64,000 bases of DNA from the NCBI GenBank assembly GCA_035301805.1, contig DATGTQ010000079.1:3672-67671 (forward strand), written 5' to 3'. Below are positions 54,880 through 63,529 of the stretch, one piece after another (the first letter of the stretch is position 1; every line of letters starts with the position of its first letter). The notes beneath the pieces were generated by a model. The model did no database searches and had not been told where the DNA came from. It saw only the letters and a program-made list of their open reading frames with translations. The translations under genes and the position numbers were made by a program. The stretch comes from Tissierellales bacterium. Lineage in GTDB: Bacteria; Bacillota; Clostridia; Tissierellales; DATGTQ01.

Positions 54880-55377
54880 TATTTTAGACAAAAATTAGTT
54901 GATTATTTATCATTGTTAGATTATTTTTATACCTCAAGCTTAGGTTATTTTGATTCATCATTTATTTTATCTTTGAAATTAATTATTAAACATTTCCATT
55001 AAACATATAACAAATATTATTTATATATAACTATATAGTATTTAAATAGCTTCCTAAGTAATGTATCCGCTGTTAATTTCCTATAAAATCCAGGGCGAAA
55101 TATTATAAAAGCAAATTATAAAAAAGCGGTCTTTAAAAGGTGGCAATTTTGGACTTAAATACATTTTGAATACAATAACATTCTTAACAATATAAAGGCT
55201 CCTAAATCGTATGTTTAAAGCATTAAACCACAAACTGGAATCTTATAACTTTATAAAGTTCAATAAAATGCGATTTATATTGTTATTATTATAAATGTTC
55301 CATTTTACACCAAATTTATGTTGGAAACTATAAAGTTTTTATAAATAAATTATTTTTCAGATAACTTTATTAATTGA

Positions 55378-55421
55378 ATTAAAATCTTATTATCTAATAC
55401 TTTATATAATAAGATTTTAAT
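55378..55421. repeat. 16-bp perfect inverted repeat in the ORF-free region
   Basis: ATTAAAATCTTATTAT (55378-55393) / ATAATAAGATTTTAAT (55406-55421), 12-nt loop. Confidence 0.8.
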
Positions 55422-55511
55422 TTTAGTATAATTTTAATATCTTAAAACTAATGTTCTAAATTATAGCTTAACTATTAGGATGAAAAATGTATTATCATGA
55501 GTAAATATATT

Positions 55512-55597
55512 TTAGTTAACATAATTTTATTATGTTAACTAATTCAATAATTCAAACATAGGTTTACATAATAAAGTTATGTTAACCTATGTTTGAA
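55512..55597 (-). terminator. Two tandem long hairpins downstream of the ThiF-like gene
   Basis: Hairpin A has arms 55551-55571 / 55577-55597 (21 positions, 1 mismatch). Hairpin B has arms 55512-55524 / 55530-55542 (13 bp). Both share a TTATGTTAAC core, and neither has a strong U-tract. Confidence 0.45.
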
Positions 55598-55627
55598 TTG
55601 CTTATAGCCAACAATATCCATTGTTAA

Positions 55628-56329
55628 TTAATCAAACTCAATTAAATCATAATTATTTTCTAAGCTATCAATGAATAAAACTTTTTTATTTAGCAAATCT
55701 CCTTGTTTTATTAGCAGTTTTATTACTTCTGAAACTTCCATTGATGCAATTAATGGAACTATAAAAGAAAGGTTTCCCAGACTCCCTTCTATCCCTTTCT
55801 TTTCTATAGTATCTTCTGGATATAATTTATTTAGTATATCATCTCCAGGCAAGATAGTAGTAACCTGACCATAAAATCCAGCTATAGCTCCATGTATCAT
55901 TGGTATATCTAATTGTTTAGCTTTTTCTTGTAATAATAATCTTACTTTAATATTATCAAGAGCATCTACTATAACATCATGCCCCTTTAAAATAGTAGAT
56001 GCATTTTTTGCAGTTAGCATTTTATCTATTGCCGTTACCTTAATTAATGGATTTACTAGCTCCATCCTTTTTTTTGCTTCAATAGCTTTATTTTGACCTA
56101 TATTTTTAGTATGACATAAAACTTGTCTATTTAAATTTGTTTCATCAAAAACATCTCCATCTATAACAGTAAGGTTTCCCACTCCAATTCTCCCAAGTAA
56201 TTCAATAATATATCCACCTAATCCTCCACAGCCAACAATACAAACTTTACTTTCATTTAAAATTTTATTTTCCCCTATAGACAAAGCATTCATATTCTTA
56301 ACATATCTTTTGTCAATATGCTTTTTCAT
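55628..56329 (-). CDS. ThiF/MoeB/HesA family E1-like adenylyltransferase
   Basis: 233 aa. VCIVGCGGLGGYIIELLGRIGVGNLTVIDGDVFDETNLNRQ nucleotide-binding motif. No C-terminal Cys-rich or rhodanese domain. Confidence 0.8.
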   Translation of the reverse strand: MKKHIDKRYVKNMNALSIGENKILNESKVCIVGCGGLGGYIIELLGRIGVGNLTVIDGDVFDETNLNRQVLCHTKNIGQNKAIEAKKRMELVNPLIKVTAIDKMLTAKNASTILKGHDVIVDALDNIKVRLLLQEKAKQLDIPMIHGAIAGFYGQVTTILPGDDILNKLYPEDTIEKKGIEGSLGNLSFIVPLIASMEVSEVIKLLIKQGDLLNKKVLFIDSLENNYDLIEFD

Positions 56330-56375
56330 AATATCACCTAATTATCCTTATTATAATAACCTTATTTTATATCTA

Positions 56376-56424
56376 AATAAAAAAGAACCCCTTTATATTT
56401 GTAGCATATATAGCGGTTCTTTTT
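56376..56424 (-). terminator. Terminator after the aminotransferase gene
   Basis: The minus strand reads AAAAAGAACCGC...GGGGTTCTTTTTT, a stem with an internal AT-rich sub-helix followed by a T-run. Confidence 0.5.
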
Positions 56425-56556
56425 CCTTTAAAAGTATCCTTAGATAAACGTATTTACCTTGTAAAACTTTATTATCTTTTATTATAATATTATATATTTT
56501 TTTATTATACTATTATTACCAATTCTATTTTAATTCTCTTTAAACTTAAATCTCTA

Positions 56557-57747
56557 TTAATTTTCCTCTACTATATCCTTTATTCTCTTTAATCCTTCTT
56601 TAATATTTTCCATAGATGTTGCATATGAAAGTCTTATATAGTCGTCATCACCAAAACCCATTCCTGGAACAACTGCTACATTACCTTTATCTAATAATAA
56701 GTTTGCTAAGTCTAAGGAACTATTTATTGTTTGTCCATTAATAACTTTTCCTTTTAACTCTTTAAAATTAATCATAATATAGAAAGCACCTTCAGGTTTT
56801 TTGCAGCTTAATCCTTTAATAGAATTAACAGCTTTATTCATATAATTTCTTCTTTCTTCAAAATGTTTTTTCATTTCTAAAACGTTTTCTTGTTCTCCTG
56901 TTAATCCTTCAATACTTGCATATTGAGATATTGAGCATGGGTTAGAAGTAGTATGACTTTGAATATTACTCATAATTTTTGCTATATCTCTATGTGCAGC
57001 AGCATATCCAATTCTCCAGCCAGTCATAGCATATGCTTTAGACATCCCATTTATAACAATAGTTAAATCCTTTATTTCATCACCAAGATTAGCTATACTT
57101 ACATGTTTTAGATCATCATATATTAATTTTTCATAAATTTCATCAGAAATTACAAATACATTATTTTCAACAGCCCAATTAGCAATTACACCTAATTCAT
57201 CTTTTGTATAAATTGCACCTGTTGGATTACTTGGACTGTTTAAAATTATTGCTTTAGTTTTATCTGTCAATACATTATTTAAATCATCAACATTAAATTT
57301 AAAACCATTTTCTTCTTTAGTTTGAATAAAGACAGGTTTTCCCCCTGCAATTTTAACCATTTCAGGATAGCTAACCCAATATGGTATAGAAATTATCACT
57401 TCATCTTCTGGGTTTAGTATTGCCATTAATGCATTATAAATTGAATGTTTTGCACCACTTGAAATAATAATATTTTCAGGTTCATAAGTTAAATTATTAT
57501 CCTTTTCTAGCTTTTCACAGACCGCTTTTTTAAGTTCTGTAATTCCAGAAGCAGCTGTATACTTGGTTAAGCCTTTCTTAATCGCTCTTATTCCTTCTTT
57601 TTGAATAGATTCAGGAGTGTTAAAATCTGGTTCACCTGCGCCAAAGCTTATAACGTCAATTCCTTCTGCTTTCATAGCCTTAGCTTTAGCAGTAATTTCT
57701 AATGTTACAGATGGTGATATTTCTAAACCCTTTTTAGATAAATTCAT
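56557..57747 (-). CDS. aspC: Aspartate aminotransferase (class I PLP-dependent)
   Basis: SNPTGA, the PLP-lysine motif NGMSKAYAMTGWRIGY and C-terminal IRLSYATS. I prefer ATG 57747 (SD GGAGGT +7 nt) over the track's 57753. Confidence 0.88.
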   Translation of the reverse strand: MNLSKKGLEISPSVTLEITAKAKAMKAEGIDVISFGAGEPDFNTPESIQKEGIRAIKKGLTKYTAASGITELKKAVCEKLEKDNNLTYEPENIIISSGAKHSIYNALMAILNPEDEVIISIPYWVSYPEMVKIAGGKPVFIQTKEENGFKFNVDDLNNVLTDKTKAIILNSPSNPTGAIYTKDELGVIANWAVENNVFVISDEIYEKLIYDDLKHVSIANLGDEIKDLTIVINGMSKAYAMTGWRIGYAAAHRDIAKIMSNIQSHTTSNPCSISQYASIEGLTGEQENVLEMKKHFEERRNYMNKAVNSIKGLSCKKPEGAFYIMINFKELKGKVINGQTINSSLDLANLLLDKGNVAVVPGMGFGDDDYIRLSYATSMENIKEGLKRIKDIVEEN

Positions 57748-57793
57748 ATGCATACCTCCATTTTTATCATTTTAATTTATGTTAAATATTTAT

Positions 57794-58177
57794 TTATCTA
57801 TCTATCCCATATATATCCATTAGAACATTATTAATAATGTGTAAGGAATCCTCAAAAATTGGTTTATACATTAATAGTATTACTTTATAATGCTCATACC
57901 CTTTATCAGTAATTTTATATCTTCTTATAGATCTTTTATCAGGTTCATCCCACCAACCTGTTACATAACCCTTTTCCTCTAAATCTCTAAGTAAAGGATA
58001 AACCATTCCTGGACTTGGTTCCCACTTACCATCAAGTCTAGTTTTTATCTCATCTATAATTTCATTTCCATAATAGCTTCTTTCTTTAAGAAAGTGTAAG
58101 ATATAGAGTTTTACAAAAGAGGTTGTACTAATTTTAGCAGGAAACTGCCTATTTCGTTCCCCTTTATATGTTGACAT
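57794..58177 (-). CDS. PadR family transcriptional regulator
   Basis: 127 aa. ILHFLKERSYYGNEIIDEI...PSPGMVYPLLRDLEEKGYV winged HTH. Confidence 0.85.
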   Translation of the reverse strand: MSTYKGERNRQFPAKISTTSFVKLYILHFLKERSYYGNEIIDEIKTRLDGKWEPSPGMVYPLLRDLEEKGYVTGWWDEPDKRSIRRYKITDKGYEHYKVILLMYKPIFEDSLHIINNVLMDIYGIDR

Positions 58178-58994
58178 TTTGTATCCTCCTTTTCATTTCA
58201 GGAATATTATTTAAGTTTACATAATACTTTCCTAGTAAACAGTCTCCATCTTTAAAATTACCATGCCAATCTGAACCGCCAGTAGCTATCAAATTAAATC
58301 TTTCTGCTACTTTAATAAAATCTAGTACATTTTTATTAGAATGTTTAGGATGTATAACCTCTATACCATCAATTCCAGACTTAATACAGTGATTTATTAT
58401 TTCTTTCTGATCCAATAAACCAGGATGAGCAAGACTTACAAGACCATTTTCACTATGAATAAGTTCTACAACTTCCTCAATTCTTAGTTTATAGCGTTCA
58501 ACATAAGCTGGTTTTCCTCTATTTAAATATTTTCCAAAGGCTTCATCCATTGAATTTACATATCCTTTATCTATTAATGCCCTTCCTATATGAGGCCTTC
58601 CAATATAATCTTTTCTAGCATGTTTTATTACATCATCAATAGTAATTTTAATTCCTAGATTATTTAATTTTTTAATTATTTTTTCTCCTCTTGTTACTCT
58701 TGCATCTTTCAACCCCTTAGTTAAGGATAACATATTTTCTGAGTAATAATCAAAAAAATATCCTAATAAGTGGACTTCTTCATCTAAATAGACACAACCA
58801 AATTCAATTCCTGGGATAATATAAAAATCATTGTATAATTTTCCCCTCTTTACAGCAGCTTCAATTCCTTCTAGTGAATCATGATCAGTAATAGCAATAC
58901 CATCAAGACCAGATTCAACTGCCATATCTACAGCTTGGGAGGGGGTATATGAACCATCAGAAAAAGTAGTATGTAAATGCAAATCTGTTATCAT
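58164..58994 (-). CDS. PHP domain metal-dependent phosphoesterase (TrpH/YciV-like)
   Basis: 276 aa. DLHLHTTFSDGS, ITDHDS and GGSDWHG motifs. 14-nt overlap with padR. Confidence 0.82.
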   Translation of the reverse strand: MITDLHLHTTFSDGSYTPSQAVDMAVESGLDGIAITDHDSLEGIEAAVKRGKLYNDFYIIPGIEFGCVYLDEEVHLLGYFFDYYSENMLSLTKGLKDARVTRGEKIIKKLNNLGIKITIDDVIKHARKDYIGRPHIGRALIDKGYVNSMDEAFGKYLNRGKPAYVERYKLRIEEVVELIHSENGLVSLAHPGLLDQKEIINHCIKSGIDGIEVIHPKHSNKNVLDFIKVAERFNLIATGGSDWHGNFKDGDCLLGKYYVNLNNIPEMKRRIQNVNI

Positions 58995-59035
58995 TAGAAT
59001 TCACTCCCTATTCATAGGATTATAATATACATAGA

Positions 59036-59067
59036 AAAAAACCTGCCAAAATTCAGCAGGTTTTTTT
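59036..59067 (-). terminator. Intrinsic terminator after spoVS
   Basis: ACCTGC (59041-59046) / GCAGGT (59056-59061) stem flanked by an A-run and a T7-run, so terminator-capable on both strands. Confidence 0.8.
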
Positions 59068-59075
59068 AGTTTTTA

Positions 59076-59336
59076 CTATCTTGGTTCAACAAGGAACTTT
59101 ATTGCTGTCCTTTCTTCTCCTTCAATTTCAATGTCAGTAAAAGCTGGTATACAAATTAAATCCATACCACTTGGTGCTACAAAACCTCTAGAAATAGCAA
59201 TAGCTTTAACAGCCTGATTAATTGCACCTGCACCGATTGCCTGAATCTCCGCATTCCCTTTTTCTCTTAAGACTCCAGCTAATGCTCCTGCAACAGAATT
59301 TGGACTTGATTTTGCTGATACTTTTAATACATCCAT
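59076..59336 (-). CDS. spoVS: Stage V sporulation protein S
   Basis: 86 aa. MDVLKVSAKSSPNSVAGALAGVLREKGNAEIQAIGAGAINQAVKAIAI is nearly invariant SpoVS sequence. Confidence 0.93.
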   Translation of the reverse strand: MDVLKVSAKSSPNSVAGALAGVLREKGNAEIQAIGAGAINQAVKAIAISRGFVAPSGMDLICIPAFTDIEIEGEERTAIKFLVEPR

Positions 59337-59444
59337 TAAAATAGCCCCCTCTAACTATATTTTTTATTATATTTAGTGCTTATATCTCTATTCTACAAAT
59401 AACAAAAGAATCCTCTTTTTTTTAATAATTTTTTAACTTAAAGC

Positions 59445-60977
59445 CTATTTTGCATATTCTATTGCTCTTGTTTCTCTTATAACATTAATCTTAATTTGTC
59501 CAGGGTAATCTAGCTCCTGCTCAATTTTTTTTACGACTTCTCTTGCAATATGAGTAATGTAATCATCACTTATTTCATCAGGTTTTACCATTATTCTTAA
59601 TTCACGACCAGCTTGTATAGCATAAGATTTTTCTATTCCCTCAAAGGAACTGGCTATATCCTCAAGCTTTTCAAGCCTCTTTATATATGTTTCTAAGGTT
59701 TCCCTTCTTGCACCAGGTCTTGCAGCTGATATAGCATCTGCTGCTTGTACTAATACAGCCTCTACTGTTTGAGGCTCAACATCTCCATGATGAGCTGCTA
59801 TTGCATGAAGGACTTCTTTAGACTCTTTATACCTTTTTGCAAAATCTACACCAATAGTAACATGAGGACCTTCAATTTCGTGATCCACAGCCTTACCTAT
59901 ATCATGTAATAATCCCGCTCTCTTTGCAACCTTAATATCCACACCTAACTCTGCAGCCATAGTTCCTGCAAGATGGGCTACCTCTATGGAATGCCTTAAT
60001 ACATTTTGGCCGTAACTACTTCTGTACTTTAATCTTCCTAATAATTTCATTAGTTCAGGATGAAGATTGTGTACTCCCACATCAAAGGCAGCTTGTTCGC
60101 CTTCTTCTTTTATAATAACATCTACTTCTTTCTTGGCCTTTTCAACCATTTCTTCAATTCTAGCTGGATGGATTCTTCCATCTGCTATTAGTTTTTCCAA
60201 TGCAATTCTAGCAACTTCTCTTCTAATTGGATCAAAACCTGATAATACTACAGCTTCTGGAGTATCATCGATTATTAAATCTATTCCTGTTAATGTCTCT
60301 AATGTTCTAATATTCCTACCTTCTCTACCTATTATACGCCCTTTCATTTCATCATTAGGTAAAGGTACCACTGTTACCGTAGTATCAGCTACGTGATCAG
60401 CAGCACATTTTTGAATTGCACAAGAAATAATTTTCCTTGCCCGCTTTTCAGCTTCTTCTTTAGCCTTACTTTCATGTTCTTTTATCATAATGGCAGATTC
60501 ATGAACTATTTCTTTCTTAACATCATTTAATAGTGTTTCTTTTGCTTCATCAGTAGTGAGTCCTGACAACCTTTCTAACTCATCTACTTGTTTTTCATAA
60601 AGCTTACCAATTTCATGTTCCTTTTCTTCTAAACGCTTTGTTCTTTTAGTTAGAAGTTCTTCTTTTCTATCAAAGTTTTCACTTTTTCTATCAATAACTT
60701 CTTCCTTATTAACAAGCCGACGCTCTAATCTTTGAAGTTCAGTTCTTCTTTCTCTATTTTCTTTCTCTATTTCAGTTCTCATTTTATGAACTTCCTCCTT
60801 GGCTTCAAGGAGTAGTTCCTTCTTATGAGATTCACCATCCCTCTTAGCATCGTCAAGAATCTTTTCAGCTAATAATTCAGCATTACCAATTTTTCCTTCA
60901 CCAATGGTTTTCCTTATATAATATCCAATGACAATTCCTATTATAACACTTATAATAACAGCTATTAAAAGTTCAAT
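59445..60977 (-). CDS. rny: Ribonuclease Y, with N-terminal membrane anchor requiring a non-canonical start
   Basis: KH domain ([15 protein letters not shown]) and HD domain (LLHDIGKA). The track starts at ATG 60782, but the frame is open to 60995 and encodes [47 protein letters not shown], the conserved Rny TM and coiled coil. SD GGGAGG lies 9 nt before ATT 60977. Confidence 0.85.
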   Translation of the reverse strand: MELLIAVIISVIIGIVIGYYIRKTIGEGKIGNAELLAEKILDDAKRDGESHKKELLLEAKEEVHKMRTEIEKENRERRTELQRLERRLVNKEEVIDRKSENFDRKEELLTKRTKRLEEKEHEIGKLYEKQVDELERLSGLTTDEAKETLLNDVKKEIVHESAIMIKEHESKAKEEAEKRARKIISCAIQKCAADHVADTTVTVVPLPNDEMKGRIIGREGRNIRTLETLTGIDLIIDDTPEAVVLSGFDPIRREVARIALEKLIADGRIHPARIEEMVEKAKKEVDVIIKEEGEQAAFDVGVHNLHPELMKLLGRLKYRSSYGQNVLRHSIEVAHLAGTMAAELGVDIKVAKRAGLLHDIGKAVDHEIEGPHVTIGVDFAKRYKESKEVLHAIAAHHGDVEPQTVEAVLVQAADAISAARPGARRETLETYIKRLEKLEDIASSFEGIEKSYAIQAGRELRIMVKPDEISDDYITHIAREVVKKIEQELDYPGQIKINVIRETRAIEYAK

Positions 60978-61056
60978 AACAAAGCACCTCCCTTTCTATT
61001 TAATTTTCAAGTTCCATTACACATTTTCAAATATAATTCAATCCAATAAAAATATA

Positions 61057-61075
61057 AACCGAGGTATCTCGGCCT
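61057..61075 (-). promoter_or_regulatory. Terminator-like hairpin in the rny leader
   Basis: The minus strand reads GGCCGAG-ATAC-CTCGGTT followed by TATATTTTTA. It lies between the promoter (61121-61149) and the rny SD. Confidence 0.4.
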
Positions 61076-61120
61076 ATAGTGATTTAACTATCTTGATTTG
61101 AACAGCCAGCATACGCTTTA

Positions 61121-61149
61121 ATTTTATTACTTTTAGTCAATTCTGTCAA
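61121..61149 (-). promoter_or_regulatory. rny promoter
   Basis: On the minus strand: TTGACA (61149-61144), 17-nt spacer, TAAAAT (61126-61121). Confidence 0.5.
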
Positions 61150-61156
61150 GTTTTTT

Positions 61157-61825
61157 TCACAAGTTAAAAGTCAACTTTTCTACAATACTCTCTGTTCCTT
61201 TTAACTCTACCTTATATGCATTTGTACCAATGGCTGATAGGTGATTATTGTGTGTTACCATAATAATTTGCCTATTAAACATTTCTGAAGTTTTCTTTAA
61301 AAAATTAGCAACATTAAAAATATATTCTTCACTTACATGTTTTGCTGGCTCATCTAATATTAAAGGACCTTCAATAAAAGGTCTATGAATTTGGAGAAAT
61401 GATATTCTTAAAGCTAAGGATACAATATCAACAACTCCCCCACCCCTAGACTCAGTAGGTTTAGTTTTAATTTCTTCTCCGTCAACATTGGTTATTACAT
61501 AGAATTCAGCGTTTTGTTTTTTATAAGCTTCGTTTATTTCGATTTTAAACTGAGTATTATTTTCAAAAATATACTCTAAACAATTAGTAACAAGATTTTC
61601 TACCTGAACTTTCGCTTGTTCACGAGCAAATTGGGAAGTTTTTTGTAGTAAAATATTAACCTGTTCTAGTAGTTCCTGTTGCTTTTCAATTGAAGCTATT
61701 TTTTCATTGTTTTCCTTAAGCTGTTCAATAATTTTTTCCCTTTTACCACTTTCTTTTGCATAATACTGTTTTAATAAATCTAAGTAACTTTTTAACTCAT
61801 CATATTCGGTCATGACATTTATCAC
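61157..61825 (-). CDS. Rad50/SbcC-like ATPase, C-terminal head fragment
   Basis: 222 aa. About 75 aa of coiled coil, then signature-like SRGGGVVDIVSLALRISF, Walker B/D-loop PLILDEPAKHV and H-loop MVTHN. The GTG start overlaps the upstream stop (GTGA). Confidence 0.7.
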   Translation of the reverse strand: MINVMTEYDELKSYLDLLKQYYAKESGKREKIIEQLKENNEKIASIEKQQELLEQVNILLQKTSQFAREQAKVQVENLVTNCLEYIFENNTQFKIEINEAYKKQNAEFYVITNVDGEEIKTKPTESRGGGVVDIVSLALRISFLQIHRPFIEGPLILDEPAKHVSEEYIFNVANFLKKTSEMFNRQIIMVTHNNHLSAIGTNAYKVELKGTESIVEKLTFNL

Positions 61826-62073
61826 ATCTTTTCTAATATATCTCTTGGTAATAATTCATTTGCATCTTTAAATAAATTATTAATTTCATTTTCCAATTTT
61901 TCTATTTCCATATCTAAATCTTCGGGATTTACCCCTAATTCTTTTAATTCCTTAATTATTTTTTCCTTTTCTTGAGTAAGTTGTTCGAGTCGCACTTCAG
62001 CTTTATATTTTAATGTCTTAGCCCTTTCTAAATTTTGCTTTAAATTATTAAGTTCCTTTTCATAATCTGCCAA
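61822..62073 (-). CDS. 83-aa coiled-coil protein (descending-arm fragment of the split Rad50-like ATPase)
   Basis: Heptad-rich throughout (LNNLKQNLERAKTLKYKAEVRLEQLTQEKEKIIKELKEL...). TTG start 7 nt after a perfect AAGGAGG that contains the upstream TAA. Confidence 0.55.
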   Translation of the reverse strand: MADYEKELNNLKQNLERAKTLKYKAEVRLEQLTQEKEKIIKELKELGVNPEDLDMEIEKLENEINNLFKDANELLPRDILEKM

Positions 62074-62085
62074 TTTGAAACCTCC

Positions 62086-63528
62086 TTACCTATAATTATC
62101 AATAATATTATTAATAGTGCTGCTGTGTATTTTACTAAAACATAATGGACAAACTTCCAGTTCTAATAATAGTTTTTTATACTCCTCCAACAGCTTTTGA
62201 GTTTGTAACTCTTCTTTTTTAATTTTATTTTTAGATATATTTATTTCTTTAATATTTTCATCATATTTCTCCTTAATTGAAATTAGTTTATGTTTCTTAA
62301 CTATCAAGTCATTAATTTCATTAGTAAACTTCTCAGCAGTATTTACATTAGATAATTTTTCTAAATAAAAATTACCAAAAACTATTCTCTTATTAGAATC
62401 TCCTAAAGAAGTATTTAATTTAATTAATTTATTTAACTTATTATTAAATTTTTCTAAATTCTTAATGTTTTCATCTATTTTATCAGTATGCGTTAATTTT
62501 TTTATTATATTTAAGTTTTTATCATAGTAGCTATTTACTTTTTTATAGTCTTTATTAATATCTAATAGGTTAGTAAATATTTCCTTTTTCTGTTCCAATA
62601 GTTTATAAACAGCTTGAGTTTCCTCTAGATTTGTTAATTTATTTATGATGTGAGAATTGTATTTAATATTTTTATCTAAATCCTTTAATATATTATAGTT
62701 ATTGACTATTAAAGTATAGGATTTAATTCTATATTCTAGGTTTTCTTTATATATTTCTATCTTGTTAATATTATCTAATTTAGAAATTACTTTATTTATC
62801 TTATAGAATTCTTCCATTGTAACTTTTAACTCTGTATTTAATTTTTTTAACTTCTCTATCTTTTCCTTTTTTTCCTTCACTTCTAATAAAAGCTTATCTA
62901 TTTCATTAATATCTTTTTCAAGTCTATCTAAATAATCATATTTCTTTAAATCTTCATTTAAGCTTTCTTGAAAATTAATTAAATTTCTTCTAGAAGAATT
63001 TAAATTAATTATTTCTTTAACTGTATCCCTAATAGCATTATCTATTATATGGACACCCACTAAGCGGCCTATAGCATTGGCTCTTACAGCTTTACTCTCA
63101 GACAATAGAAAAGGGCCCTCTAATTGTTCACTAATATTTACAGAGTTAGTTTCCGAAGTATCAAGATGAATTTTTCTAATATTAATTTTCTCTTTTATTT
63201 CAAGAGGAACAGTATTTCCAAAACCTTGATATATAGTTTCATTTCCTTCAGAATCATAATATAGGTATAAATTTTTACTATTACTTCTATATCTCTTTAC
63301 TTTAGTATTGTCACTAAATATTATAGTAACACTACATTTATTTTCTCCTTCTCTAATGAAGAAATCTCCAGATGGCTCATTAAATAGAGCCCATTTTATT
63401 CCCCTGATAATGGCACTTTTCCCCTGATCAGATGGACCCACTATAACATTTAAATGTTCATCAAATTCTAATTCACTATATTTATGTGATTGAAAATTTT
63501 CTAAAACTACCTTCTCAATATATTTCAT
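62086..63528 (-). CDS. Rad50/SbcC-like ATPase, N-terminal head + ascending coiled coil + zinc hook
   Basis: 480 aa. LENFQSHKYSELEF...VIVGPSDQGKSAI (Walker A), about 300 aa of K/E/L/N-rich coil, then a CPLC hook motif 17 aa from the C-terminus. Confidence 0.75.
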   Translation of the reverse strand: MKYIEKVVLENFQSHKYSELEFDEHLNVIVGPSDQGKSAIIRGIKWALFNEPSGDFFIREGENKCSVTIIFSDNTKVKRYRSNSKNLYLYYDSEGNETIYQGFGNTVPLEIKEKINIRKIHLDTSETNSVNISEQLEGPFLLSESKAVRANAIGRLVGVHIIDNAIRDTVKEIINLNSSRRNLINFQESLNEDLKKYDYLDRLEKDINEIDKLLLEVKEKKEKIEKLKKLNTELKVTMEEFYKINKVISKLDNINKIEIYKENLEYRIKSYTLIVNNYNILKDLDKNIKYNSHIINKLTNLEETQAVYKLLEQKKEIFTNLLDINKDYKKVNSYYDKNLNIIKKLTHTDKIDENIKNLEKFNNKLNKLIKLNTSLGDSNKRIVFGNFYLEKLSNVNTAEKFTNEINDLIVKKHKLISIKEKYDENIKEINISKNKIKKEELQTQKLLEEYKKLLLELEVCPLCFSKIHSSTINNIIDNYR

Positions 63529-63529
63529 C

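Noticed and set aside
55130-55205. Tiny ORFs after the only SD-like AGGAG in the ORF-free island. These are an 11-aa TTG frame, and a 27-aa ATG frame that extends to 36 aa from an ATT start (MYLSPKLPPFKDRFFIICFYNISPWIL).
   Set aside because: The start codons are ambiguous or non-canonical, I recognise no family, and the frames are too short to judge coding potential by eye. They are mentioned under the island finding only.
61085-61100. tRNA T-arm-like GGCTGTTCAAATCAAG (minus strand).
   Set aside because: No acceptor, D or anticodon stems can be drawn around it, and it lies in the rny leader.
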